64,000 nucleotides of DNA from Mytilus edulis (taxonomy: Eukaryota), in the NCBI RefSeq assembly GCF_963676685.1, contig NC_092354.1:47864001-47928000 (forward strand), given 5' to 3'. The notes beneath the pieces were generated by a model. It was not told the origin of the DNA. It was given only the letters and a program-made list of their open reading frames with translations, and did not search any database. This document shows, one piece after another, positions 51,290 to 64,000 of this stretch. The translations under genes were made by a program, and so were the position numbers. Positions within the stretch are counted from its first letter, which is position 1; each line of letters starts with the position of its first letter.

Positions 51290-53610
51290 AAAAGCTTACA
51301 CTATTTCTACAGTTAATAAGGATATCTTATGTGTATCATTAAGACACGAATAAACTCGCGGCTCTTCTTGTATTTTGCAATAAGTGGATCTGGCACTAGT
51401 TACTATGCATGACACCTGATTGTATTCCTGCTGTTGGGTATGAATAGTATTGATAACACGTTTGATTTCTCACTAAAGTTATGTCCTGTATGATTATTGA
51501 TTGTTTGATTGTACTTTTACTTTGCAATCTGTGAGACAAAAATAAGCACATATACCAAACCTACACGAAGAAATCAAAGCTCACTAAACGGATATTTTCT
51601 GTTGGAAAAAACAAATGTTAAATGCGCTTAGAACGCAATAAGAACTGTCCTTCAATGAAAGTAAAACAAAAAGGTTAAGATACCAAATTTGTATTTGTAA
51701 TCGAAGTTAAAGACAAATTCACAACACAATATAAGACACATAAAACAACAAAAAGACAAGTCTACATATCGAATCATGAAAAAAGCTAAAGAGTGACCAG
51801 GCCAACATGAGCCCTATCAAACAGAAATAATGTATCTCTTTACCCGAATCCATTAAGATATTGTTCGAAGTCAGATTTGTATTTCATTGCAACGGTACAC
51901 TTGACAATAAACGTTTGCAAATCGCCCATTGAAAAAAGTTGCAATTGGAAATCCTTAAAAAAATATTCATTAAAACCAGTCATACTTCAAACGATTTCAA
52001 AAAGTTCAATTAGAGAAAGACAATTGTTTTCTTTAGAAATAGTTATCATTCATAGAACAATATCAGTTCAATACTGTTCTCTCAGGACTTTCCGTATTTG
52101 TATCAATGCCTTTGAGGACTTTGTATGTCATTTCTTTAAAAACACTGATTTAAAACCAATAAACAAAAACTGACACATTTCTTTTCTTTAAGGATTACAG
52201 TAGTCCTATCAAATGAAAGATATATGGGTTAAAAGGCATTTGTAAAGTATCACATAAGTTCGTTTTTAATTTGTTGTATCCTTGAAAGACTTCTGATAAA
52301 AGGTTTAATGATCAAATTACATTAAAGGATGTACTACTTACATGTTTTATCATTTACCATTAGTAATAACATGTAAAATACTGAGATTTTGATGCAATTT
52401 TCTTTCCAAAGTCAATATTGTCATTTTGGTCTCTTGTGGATAGTTGTCTCATTGGCAATCATACCAAATCTACTTTTTTTATATTATTGAGTTTGCAAAG
52501 TGTCCTTAATGATTCCAACTGAAAGCCTTTTGTTTTTAACTCATTATGAATGACCAGATCCCTACTCAAATTAAATATATTTTTTTACTCCATATAGATA
52601 ATGTTTCTGCGTTCGCTGGATAAAAAGGAAAATAAATTCTCTTCAATTCAATCGAAAACAAAAATAATATCTTTTTTTTAAATATTAAACATATTTTATT
52701 AATAATCGCCTGTTACATCAACCCTTAGTTGCCCAGGGAAGCAACTAAGGGGCCCCCGATTTTAGCAGTATCATTTGTCGGGGGAAAAGCAAATGAGAAA
52801 AAAAATCCCACTATAAATTATTAACATCTACCTTTATCTATATATCTATACCTCTCACCATATATAATTATTTGAATAAAGTATTTATCTTATCTTTATT
52901 TATTTCTCACAAAGGCTTCTGTATTTGTTAAGCAGTTTCAATTGTATCGTACATCAAATCGTTCTTTTGTTATGTTAATTTCAATTACATTAAATTTCTG
53001 GTCGAGTGATCATTTACCACATGCGATTCGTTAAAGGGATGTAATAAAATTATATTTTGATTAATAATAAAGTTTCAGTTCAATACAGTCTAGATTATTT
53101 TTTAAGTTCTTATTTCCGTTCTGAATTGTATCCATTCTTTAATTTCAATGTTGTTTTAACTCATTATAAATGACTAGAAACTTACTTAGTTGGTTATACG
53201 TTTATACGTTAACATTGTTATAGTACAACTATTAGATAAAAGCATGCCATTAACGGTCTTATTATCTCTGTGTAATCACAGACGCATTAAATACCTATCA
53301 CTAGCCCATGATGCAGACGTAATAGGCATTAACTCTATATGCAACTAGTAGATAATGTAATATTGTACATAAGGGCATAAACATTCCATCAAATGTTATG
53401 ATTTATCTGTATTGCTTGAGATAATCGGTAACCCGTTTAATGACTTTTTGTCCTATATTTCCGTTAACTAACTATTTTGACACATAATTTATTCTATGGT
53501 TTTGTATAATGGTAGTTGATGCTGTTTTCTTTGAATCCGTGTTAGCACATTGTACGTCATAATACTGTTGGTACACCTCATATACTTTTCGATAAAAAAT
53601 AGTTTTAATG

Positions 53611-54075
53611 GTACCTATAGGTTGCATTTCTGTTTATATTGACAATGCATTTTTCCATGGGAACTCTTTTTACGGCTTAAACTGTACCATTTTTAGTATG
53701 AAATTTTGAAAAAAAAAATATATCCTTGAATGGGAAGTTCAGATGCACTTCTATTTTTTCAGGTCAAAATATAGGGCTGCGCGGTATATTTTAAACGGTT
53801 AAATGCCCCGAACTTCTAAGAGTTTAAATTAACACTTAATTTCTTAACCACCCCTGCCTCGACTGTAGGGTTACCACAGATTTCAAAATAAACGATATTC
53901 ACATATATATTTACTGGTAACATTCCTAAGTTATGTCTCTATGAGATGCAAACTACAGATCAGAACTGGGAACCAGTATGTAAACAAAATTAATCATCTA
54001 TGAATATTCTAAATCTCCCTAAAATAGGCGTGGTTTGAGACACAGCTGTATTTACAAAGTGCAACATATAGTTGC
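53611..54075. mobile_element. Degenerate TIR element
   Basis: ctataggttgcattt / aaagtgcaacatatag inverted ends. Confidence 0.45.
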
Positions 54076-54754
54076 ATATAAGAAAACAGGGATGATAGAT
54101 ACCAGTGGAACAGTCAAACTAATAAATCGAAAATAAACTGAAAACTCCATGGCTAAAAATGAAAAAGATAAACAGACAAAAAAACTCACACCAAACTGCA
54201 ACTAATAGGGCCCAACAATTACTAATAGAAACCAATAAGGAAAGGAAAACAAACGTCGAATGTATTTAAAAAAATAAACCAGACACTTTTATATTGCATT
54301 GATTTATTAACAGACTTGTATGTAGTGTAAGCAAATAAATTTTATTTGATTTGGTATTTCTAATCATACCCGATAGCATTGTCATTCTGATCTTGGTGCA
54401 CGTTGACCAAATCACATATTGAGCTTTTTGGTATACCGCATACTTCGATACGAAATAGTTTTAATTGTATCTCTACTCAGATATAAGAAGATATGTTATT
54501 GATGCCAATCAAACAACTCTACATCTAAGTCCCAATTTGTAAAAGTAAACCATTTTAGGTCAAAATACGACCTTCAACACGGAGCCTTAGCCAACACCAA
54601 ACAACAGGTTATAAGTTGTCGAGAAATACCTTTGTTATGCTTTTTTTTACCCTCCGGATGCCGTTACTGATAGCATCGACCATTCGTAGATACGATATCT
54701 TGTAGTATGTGGACTTTGTCATGGCATTGCATTGTCTGCAATACTGCAACAAAG

Positions 54755-55395
54755 TTAATTGTTGTTTTGATATGGATGTATCATGATTCATTTTTTTCAA
54801 ATATATTTCTGAATGTAGTTTATTAATACCCTAATACTTTTTTTTATTGCTTTAAGAATTTCCCCAGCTTTTAGATTTCCTGCCGTATGGTATAGAACAA
54901 GTTCAAACCTTACAGACTTGTAACATATGATGTACCAGCATTAAATTCATTGACATTATTTTACTCATTGCCTTAAGAAAATTCCCAGAGTTTTGATTTC
55001 CTATCATATGTTATAGAGCTAGTTCAAACCTTACAACCTTGTAACATATGATGTACCAGCATTGAGTTCATTGCCACTATTTTTTAGAAGACCTAATTAA
55101 AGCAAGCTGTCATTTTTATGATACATTAACACCATAAAGTAATCTGCTTTATCTTTGGTCTTAGCCGTAGACAAGGTGATTAGATGAGATCAGACTATTA
55201 CCCATTTCAATTCTCAATTCTAATTTTGTATTTAATGAATTGAACAACAAGGTAAAAATGTCAAAGATATTTTTTTTTATACAACGCAAAATAACGACCT
55301 GTCACGTTTGAATATAAAAAAAACCCAATGCAGTTCAGTTGTGTTGACTTGATTTTAAAACAGATGTATACATGGTATATACACTACATTAAAGT
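54755..55395 (+). repeat. Diverged direct copy of 415-925, with an internal ~121-bp tandem duplication (54846/54967)
   Basis: Shared anchors: cttgtaacata, taccagc, gctgtcat, taaagtaat, cgtagacaaggt, aattgaacaa, aaaatgtcaaag, ataacgacctgtcacg. Confidence 0.65.
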
Positions 55396-57499
55396 GATTG
55401 ACAATATTGCAAACGATCAGCATATTTCTTTAACCACCATTGACATGATTGTAGAAAAGTCTTTTATCAACATACGCAGATAAGTCATACATGTCATAGT
55501 GCATAAGCTTTGATATTTTTATTATAGCCCTTCTTTAAATTTGGCTTGAATCCAAATTAAGTGTTATCTGATTTAATCAAATTTGATTGAAATTTGCGAT
55601 ATACTATCAATTGAGCGTCACTGATAATTCTTTTGTAGACGAAACGCGCGTCTGACGTACATATAAAATTTAGTCCTGGTATCTATGATGAGTTTATTGA
55701 ATGATGTAAAATACTGTCACATTACCTTACACGTATCCTTATTTGCTAAACATAAGTTCGTATTCTTTTCGGTTAAATGTTTTAACGTTGGAACATTGGA
55801 CATATTAATTTTATGATTTCACACTTTATTTAGTCAATTAAAATTTATGTTGTATTCACCTTCAAGGTATGATTAAAATTAAAATCATATTTTTTTTTTT
55901 TTTTACATAAACGCTATTAAGAGTTTCCATTTGATTTTTGTGTATGCAAATGCGTATGCGTTCGACGTTTTTAGGTATCGCTACAAAATAATCTACAATT
56001 TTCATCATTATATAATAGAATAATTTCCCAATATTTAAAAAAAAAAAAATAGATGTCAATGTAAGTCTAGATGCAAGATTTAATTTATTACTAGTAGCTG
56101 TGTCTGGTATGAGTGCATTTGCAGCCTTATCTTGCTCAAGATGTCCGACAAACTAATGTCTTATAACCGACCGATGCAAGCAACTCGACAGATTAGTGTA
56201 CCTCTTCATATTCAAATTTCAGGAGCAACAAAGGTTATATATATATGAATTAGGCGATATAATACTGTTTATCAAGTCATTTAATGCATTTTAGCGTTAA
56301 AAACGTTTGATTTGAAATGTCTTCAAAATAGTATTTTAATTTCTTTTTATTTTTATGAAATGGAGGAGGGTAATTTTATCAATGTTACATTTGTAATGCA
56401 ATTGTCTCGTCTAAATAAAGATAGAGATGCACAAATAGAACTATAAGGTTAAGCCTAATGTCGGAAAAGTCTTCATCAGTATGTCACGTCGCGTAGGCAG
56501 GAATCACCTTAGTTAATAGACTTCAAATCTGAAAAGATAACGGAAATGTTTCTACACTGTAATTGACAAAATGTTTTCACTTCCGCCTTACACATCAATG
56601 CTGAATTGGTCATTGTCAAAAAAAGTATTTTTTCGATGTTCAAATACCAAAAAATTATAAACATCATGGTATTGAAAAATTTTGATATGAACATAAAGTG
56701 TTGTAGCATGGAATAGTAAATGTCAGATTAACTTTATTTGTTCGGTCATACTTTTATTGTCTATTCGTATTTTTCAATTGTAACTAGTTTACACAAATGC
56801 GTACATTACTCATCAAAATGAAACGGAAATGATAAATAAATGGAACAATTCAAGCCAAAAAAATAATCCTCAAAAACTGCGAGAACAAAATAATTTAAAT
56901 GCTTTATAATAAAACAGTACGAATAAGCAAGAAAAGTAAAAGAAAAACCAGTAAACTAATATTACACAAAATTGTTGCTCTGCATGTAAACAAGAATTTT
57001 CTGTTTTCATTTTGAAATGATAGAATTTCTGAAAAAAATCCTTTTCGGATTGTAAATGAAGATAATCTTCAATCCTGCCGTATGTTACAGACAAAAATGG
57101 CTGGTCTTCGCATCCTTTTTACGAAGACGATTGCTGATTAAATCTCAAGTGTAGGAAATTTTGTATTTCAAATAGGACATTTATCAAATGACATCAACTT
57201 CTAAGCAGTACATTTTTTAGTAGAGTTGACAGGTGTTGAGTCAGCACATTGTCAAATTCGAATTTCTTCATCTCTGAAAAAGAATAATTTTTATTTCGTT
57301 TCATTTGTATTAGGTTTAGTCAATTCTAGGAAATTCACATACACTTTTGAATATAATTGAATATTGATATTAGATTGATAAATATTAAATCACTAAAATA
57401 GAAACCTTTTTTTTAAGTTGTATATGTTTTGTTTTTTCAAGGAATCAAGGATTCAATTAACTCATTGTAAGACGGTATTATTGTAAATCATGTATATAA

Positions 57500-58010
57500 T
57501 ACTTGTCTGTCTTTCGTGTTTGAGTTCTTGTTAAATTTTAGTATAACAAAAGACTGCCAGATAATTGTACTTTTGATTTCATCAAAGTGGACAACACACT
57601 TACTAGTAATAATAAACATATAAATGTCTCAAGTTACTTCCGGGATCCGACTATACAATCTGTGGAGGGAATCATAAAAGGTAATTATTTAAACTAAGGG
57701 ATTAATTTGATTTTTCACGACAATAATAGAGTCGCAAAGACTTCTAAACAGTGGTCATAATATATACATAACCGTCAGACCAGTCTCCAAACGACTGTCT
57801 ATGCATTAGAAGTATCTAATTTAACCACACATCTCGTTATTATGTATAAATTAATTTGTCTGCCTATGTTGGCTGCAGGTGTAAACCACCCTAGAGAGAA
57901 CAGATATTGCTTTGTCTATTCCCAGCTTGACAATAAAGTGTTTGTACTTTTATTTATCATTTTTATTTACATAAGGAATGGTGGTCGTGTTGCTTTGACA
58001 CTTTTCATGA
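57500..58010 (+). promoter_or_regulatory. Diverged paralogous copy of block 9670-10170 (donor AAG|gtaatt at 57680/57681)
   Basis: Shared anchors in the same order: ttcatcaaagtg.acaa.aca.ttact, gaatcataa.aggtaattat, taatatatacat, actgtct.tgcat, caggtg.aaa.caccctagaga. Confidence 0.55.
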
Positions 58011-58442
58011 TAGATTCAAATATTACGAAAGAACTAAAAAGTAGTCTACAGGAATATATGTACTTAGGATAATTGCAATTTTGTTTTTAATTCTGATTTT
58101 ATCCGCTATAATATCAATCGAGTATTCTATAGCGAGCCGATATTCAAGTTGATGAGTTCAGTATAGACAAATGCCGTTATACTTATTATCGATAGTTTGT
58201 CCTTTGTCATATTGGTTGATAATACACATGAACGTATGCACTAAAATAATACGTAAAACAACGTGTACTCGTAGAAAAACGTTGTGGTTGTAGTGTTGAA
58301 TGAATGAAATTGCGTGCTTTTCATTGCTAATTTGACGTGAATGGACATAAACACTTTACGTACTGCACTGTAATTTGCTGTCATTACCTAATATTGTCGA
58401 GTATCAGGTCCTGTCAATGATAAAGCAGCCGGCAGTAAGATC

Positions 58443-59279
58443 AAAATGTGCAAAGTAATTTACGTTTATAAATTTTCTTTTTGAGCTATTCGATATAAAG
58501 ATATATAGAAGATAAAGTGAAGAACATTGGTTTTAAATCTTTTTAGTAACAAGTTAATCTGAAAATGCGTCCAAATGTAAAGACTCTATTTTCGTGCTAA
58601 GGCACGTTGAGTAAGATATTGGAAACATGAAACTGATTTAACAATTAAGTACTGTATATAAGGAGCAATTAATGTCAGTTGATATCATATAAATGTACCA
58701 CTAAAGTAAAAAAATGAAGATTAAGGTATCTATTAACGTTTTGACTGAATTACGACATATATCATGATATACATTTATTTCATTAACTTATCGTTGTTTA
58801 AACGTCACAACACGCAGTACCGACATGAAATGTGTGATTTTGAAATGCTTTAGTTATAGGAAATTTGATAGTCCTAATTTTATTGCATATATTTTAATAT
58901 ATTTTAATGCATTTACTGAAGACATTGATAAAAACGTGTTTAGCTAGAGCAAAACATGTTACTAAGAGCTAATCATGTAAACAGACAAAATAAGATACGT
59001 TAAATAGTATATTTTTAAGATATTTATATTCAATATTACTTCATAGTGTATCTTTCCATGTTGTTGTGTTACACCTTTGTTTCAGGTATGTTGCAGTTTC
59101 CAAAATCTTACTCAACGTGCTTTAGCACGCAAAATGAGTCTTTACATTTGGACGCATTTTCAGATTTACTTGTTACGAAAAAGATATAAAACAAATGTTC
59201 TTCACTTTGTCTTTTAAATATATTTATATCGAATAACTACAAAAGAAAATTTACAACCGTTTAAATCCACTGCATTTTT
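58443..59279. repeat. ~185-bp diverged inverted repeat (58443-58626 / 59096-59279) with a ~470-bp spacer
   Basis: tctgaaaatgcgtccaaatgtaaagactc...gcacgttgagtaagat versus atcttactcaacgtgc...gagtctttacatttggacgcattttcaga. Confidence 0.9.
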
Positions 59280-60182
59280 ATTTTGCACCTGTCCTATGTA
59301 AGAAACCAGATGGTCAATGATTGTCGTTTGTTGATGTGGTTCATAAGTGTTTCTCTTTTTTCGTTTTTAGAACAGACCATTGGTTTTCTGTTTGAATGGT
59401 ATAAAATATTCATATATGGGGCCCTTTGTAGCTTGTTGTAAGGTTGAAGGACGTACTTTGACCTATACTAGTTGAATTTGTGACTTGAATGGAGAGTTGT
59501 CACATTGGCACTCATACCACAACTTCTTGTATATATAAACCTGGAGACTAGTTTTATTTCTTTGTCTCGCAAAATTAACGGTGACTTATATCTGTTAATT
59601 TCGGCGCCATTTTGGTATTTTGTGGAAGGTTGTCTTAGCAATCAAACCACATCTCCTTTTTATATGAAAAGGCAGGACTTGAATTTCAGAAAAGAAAAAA
59701 ACAAAATATGCATGGTTACAGTTGGGCTATCATTTTAGATATATATATATATAGTTGAACAAAAGATGCTAGATCCGCTTAAATGACAATGTTTTTAGAT
59801 CAAGTCTTTTTTTAATATAGTTAAACAATGACAACGCAATGACGAAAAGGCCAATGTTTTGCATTTTGATATTATCGTCTATATAAATATCCTACTGATA
59901 TATCGGTCATTATTATCTAAACACTGTAATGTAGAAATATATGTAAAAACAATTTCTACACTAAACTGCACTTGATATACATGTGTTTAATGTATTTTGA
60001 CCAGTATTGATACAACACAAAGAATACCAATTTTATGAGGTGGTCTTTATCTTGCCGGATAATCTTTATACCTAAATAAAATTGCATGTATCACCAAATA
60101 TTTTGAATAAAGATTGATCATCTACAATACCTCAATTTAGTCGAACTCTTTTATTTTGTATTACTGATGGCTGTCCACGTGT

Positions 60183-60378
60183 AAATAAACTCATCATAGA
60201 TACCAGGACTAAATTTTGTATATACGCCAGACGCGCGTTTCGTCTACAAAAGACTCATCAGTGACGCTCGAATCCAGAAAAGTTAAAAAGGCCAAATAAA
60301 GTACGAAGTTGAAGAGCATTGAGGACCAAAATTCCTAAAAGTGTTGCAAAATTCAGCTAAGGTAATCTATGCCTGAGT
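60183..60378 (+). mobile_element. Interspersed repeat, same family as 19001-19203
   Basis: aaataaactcatcatagataccagg...cgccagacgcgcgtttcgt...gaagttgaagagcattgaggacc. Confidence 0.8.
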
Positions 60379-63283
60379 TAAGTGCAAATTAAGGTTAATG
60401 AATGACGAATACCACTACTTTCTTCAATCAGATTTAGTTTCATTTTAAAATTTAATGCGATAGTCTTTCTTTATACTATATATTCACAGTCTAGACAAAA
60501 GTTAATAATGCCTTGTCTTTCTTCAATGTAACGCAATTAACCCTTAGTTCAGACAATTTTGTTTAAAATATTACTTCCAGACTTTACAAGATTACTTTTA
60601 AAAAATAACTAGGAATTTCATTACACGCTTTAATTGCTTTTATCCATAAATAAACTTCCTAGTATCCATTTTTGCTTTTAACTATATTTAACCATCACTA
60701 AAATCCCAATTATCCTCCATTATTGTATTTGCTTTTATAATTGATACATGGAGATGGTTACTTTGTTTTAGTAAACATAAACTTTGACTTTTCTAAAATG
60801 TATTTTGTATCAATCGAAACGACCTCAGGAACACTTAACCATGAATACTAGCAAAGTTGAAGCAAAAAAAAAAAATCCGTATTATTTCCAATACCTGGAT
60901 TCAGAATTGTTTTGTATGTTTATTTCAAAGAATAAAAATTATTCAAATTGCTGCAGTTGATGTTGTTCAAAATAATTTAAAAGTGATCGTGTCTAGATAT
61001 TTTTCTGAAAGATAGTCCATGAACTATTTTCTCTATCAAAATGGTTTGATTGCGAAATGAGTTAAATATCTACCAAAGTCCACACGACGAGGATGTGATC
61101 AACTAAATAAAATCGAACCGGCCTTCAAAAATGATCAAAATTTATAGCGTATAGGTATAAATGGTTTTGAAACAATTTAGAACGATTGAAAGGGAAACTC
61201 TGTCACACGATAAAACATTATACGAAAACAAATATGTCTGATAACAACCTATCAGAACTACAATATACTGCACTTTATTGTATACTAATATACAAAGAGA
61301 TACAGATGGATCCGGTTATAAAACTACAGAAAACAAACCTAAACGATAAGACATTTTTTGAGTTCTAAGCTGATAATGTTTTTGTGTCTGTTATTTCCAA
61401 ATGATCAAAGCACCAACTACGTTTTTATCTTGTCCTAAGATTTTCTATCACTGCTGAAAAAAAAAATGATTTCGATGGAACAAACGCATAGAAAGTTTTC
61501 ATAAATGACGACTTTTAAAAGATTTCAGAATTAGATATTAGACGATTTTATTTACCATCAAACCATGTAAATTCGTTTTCCAATTTTTAACACGAAACAC
61601 ACAAAGGAATCAAATATATTTTCTGTCGCAGACAACGCAAAAGAACTTATAGTTTGATCAGACATTCAATACAATCAATAAAAAATTAATAGATGAGCAG
61701 GCCAAAAACCTATCAAATGTACTATATATTTGTTCTACTAAATTTTTAGTCCCGAAAGCACCAACTGAGGGGTATTTGTAAAAAGGTATGTCATGCGGCC
61801 TTAATATTTGTTTACCATTACATATTGATAATAGTTTTACAATTCAACAAATAATTTTCAACCTATGTCGAACAAATGTTTTGAAAACACCGAACACCAA
61901 TGCTAATTTAAGGAATTCAGTAATCCGTGAATCGTGATACAATCAAACGCTTGACTATTTTAACGGGGACAAACTGTCACTTTCTGACTTTTTCAATAAG
62001 CAGGTCAAGTGGCCACTCGTAAGACAATAATTAAGAGTTTCATTTTAATGGCAAAAGTTAGTCAGAGAATTTTTTTTATCTAATTGGTTCATTTGGTTAT
62101 AGTGACATTAAATCGAATTCTGCAACCAATACTACAAAAACACATCATAGAAATACAACATTATTGACTTATATTTTCAAAAAAGCATACAAATAAATAA
62201 AAAAAAAATGGGCCAACAATGTATTTGATTGATAAACAATCTGACAAATGCCCCAACAAAGACAGTGTTTGGTGGTTGATAGTACTTAATTAAAAAAAAC
62301 GTGTGGTTGAAAGGTTTGGGTATCCTTAGGAAAAAAAATATGAATCATACCTGGTGTTTTTATACTATGTTTAACATTAGTTATCCATTTGGGAAATTGT
62401 TCGAATCATATCATTATTTTTTAGATCGAAAATGTTTTTTGATGTAAAGTATATCTAACTGTTTTATTCGTTGTAAATGGCTTGTACAATTTGTTTAAAC
62501 TTATGTTATATTTCAGCTAAACGTGACACATATAATTACATAATATGTTAAATGTACATCAAATTATCACAGTAATTGAATAGAATTCTTGTTTAATTCT
62601 AAAATACAAATGCACACAATTATAGAAATTCCTACTATCTCAAAGAAATGCTCAAACTCTAAAAGATAATTGTGCAATGCAAATACATTAACAAACATTA
62701 CAAAAAACGTTAAAACTTACAACTTCCAGATGTGTCAAAAGGGAAAAAGAAAATCATAATTGTTTTATGATTGTGTTTTACCAAAAAAATAAATGTTGAC
62801 TAAATATGTCATTAAGTTCTGTGAGAAGCCAATCACTTGTAAATTTACTTTATTTCATTCAAAATAACCTGCATAAAACGTTAGTTTTTTTTACACATAA
62901 CATAATGGAAAGTTTAACATATTTTGTTATCGTAGCTTTAGATTTCTACGAAAGTATATTCACTCACAATAAGGCATTAAAAAGAGCTATATAGAAATCG
63001 TAAATAGTGTTACTATCCTCTAACACACGTATATAAATTTATTTTGCAGCTATGATCTATTGTACTTAGCTTACAAGTATGTCACATCATATTTATACAG
63101 GAAGGCAAACAATACTAGATTGTACGAATTGATAACAATTTAAATACTTCTGGTGTTGTTTAATAATGCGTTATTGTATCATGTGTTTCTTTGTTCACAA
63201 CTAACACAGTCAATAGTATTAAACCTATTTGTTCAAATTTGGAAACTGGGAGACAAACGCAGATATACAATAATGAATAAAGT

Positions 63284-63372
63284 AAAATGAGAATAGAAAG
63301 GGAGTGTGTCAAAATGAGAATGGAAAGGGAGTGTGTCAAAATGAGAATGGAAAGGGAGTGTGTCAAAATGAA
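63284..63372. repeat. 27-bp tandem repeat, ~3.3 units
   Basis: aaaatgagaatggaaagggagtgtgtc at 63284, 63311, 63338. Confidence 0.9.
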
Positions 63373-64000
63373 AATAACTCAACATAAGAGCATAAAACAG
63401 CATAAGGTCACCATTGTATCTTCAACACAACAAGAAAATCACGAAACTGGAGGCGGATTTCAGCTGGTCCCTTACTAATTATATATAGACCACTATTTGA
63501 GTGCTCATCTGTATACCTAAAACATCAACGTATAATACATTGATTTGACTTTGTTTTAGCTAGCTTCAACAACATTTTGTTGTTCAAATGTTGAGAACAG
63601 AACTGATTTTTATTGTATGATCTTTAAAGCCCTTTTACCTAACACTAATGCAAGAAATAAAAGATAAAAGTTTGTGTAATGAACCTCTTTAAGACATGTT
63701 GTCAACGATAACTATATTAATGTTTATTTTCCGTTGCAAAGATAAGTGTTAATTGATATTTTTTCGAATGTGCTCCATATATTTTTACATTTTGAGTCTA
63801 TTAGACCTTGGTGTATTATTATGGAAATCTCCACTTTTCGATTTTGATCTTAGTTAGGTGTATTTACGCAACATCTCAACATATCATTAGATCAACAACA
63901 AACTTAAGATGCATTTTAAAATTCCACTCCAAATAGATGTAGTCATATTGAGAACAAAATATTTCATTCCATACATGTACATCTGCTTTAATTGAATTAT

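Noticed and set aside
52722-52751. 11-bp-stem hairpin as a terminator or ncRNA
   Set aside because: Isolated in eukaryotic repeat-rich DNA; more likely a transposon end remnant.
63035-63070. ttttgcag-ct-ATGATC as coding exon 1 of the paralogue
   Set aside because: Stops after five codons, with no signal peptide or VFT similarity.
31000-64000. Remaining 60-115-aa ORFs in the ORF track
   Set aside because: AT-biased composition, many non-ATG starts, overlap with repeats, and no motifs or exon chains.

Overview
AT-rich metazoan genomic DNA with spliceosomal introns; the dispersed repeats resemble bivalve (Mytilus-like) families, an unchecked inference from memory. The window holds one multi-exon gene on the + strand (8 coding exons, 12935-28677, about 1250 codons when spliced), most of which the ORF track misses or fragments. 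It encodes a signal peptide, two tandem class C GPCR-type Venus flytrap (VFT/ANF-receptor) modules each ending in a Cx5Cx2C motif, one transmembrane helix, and a ~185-aa non-catalytic tail rich in tyrosine motifs. There is no 7TM, kinase or cyclase domain. This copy carries two in-frame stops and two frameshifts, so it is a recent pseudogene or null allele, or partly assembly error. Both splice sites of the intron before the TM exon are tandemly duplicated: the donor is present twice and the acceptor plus exon start is amplified into a 30-unit minisatellite; the alternative choices I translated all stop before the TM. Diverged copies of the gene's upstream non-coding blocks recur at 54.8-58.0 kb, suggesting a tandem paralogue downstream. 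The rest is repeats: a non-autonomous CACTA element, TA- and TTAA-flanked MITEs, Helentron-like elements, SINE-like repeats, a LINE fragment and minisatellites.
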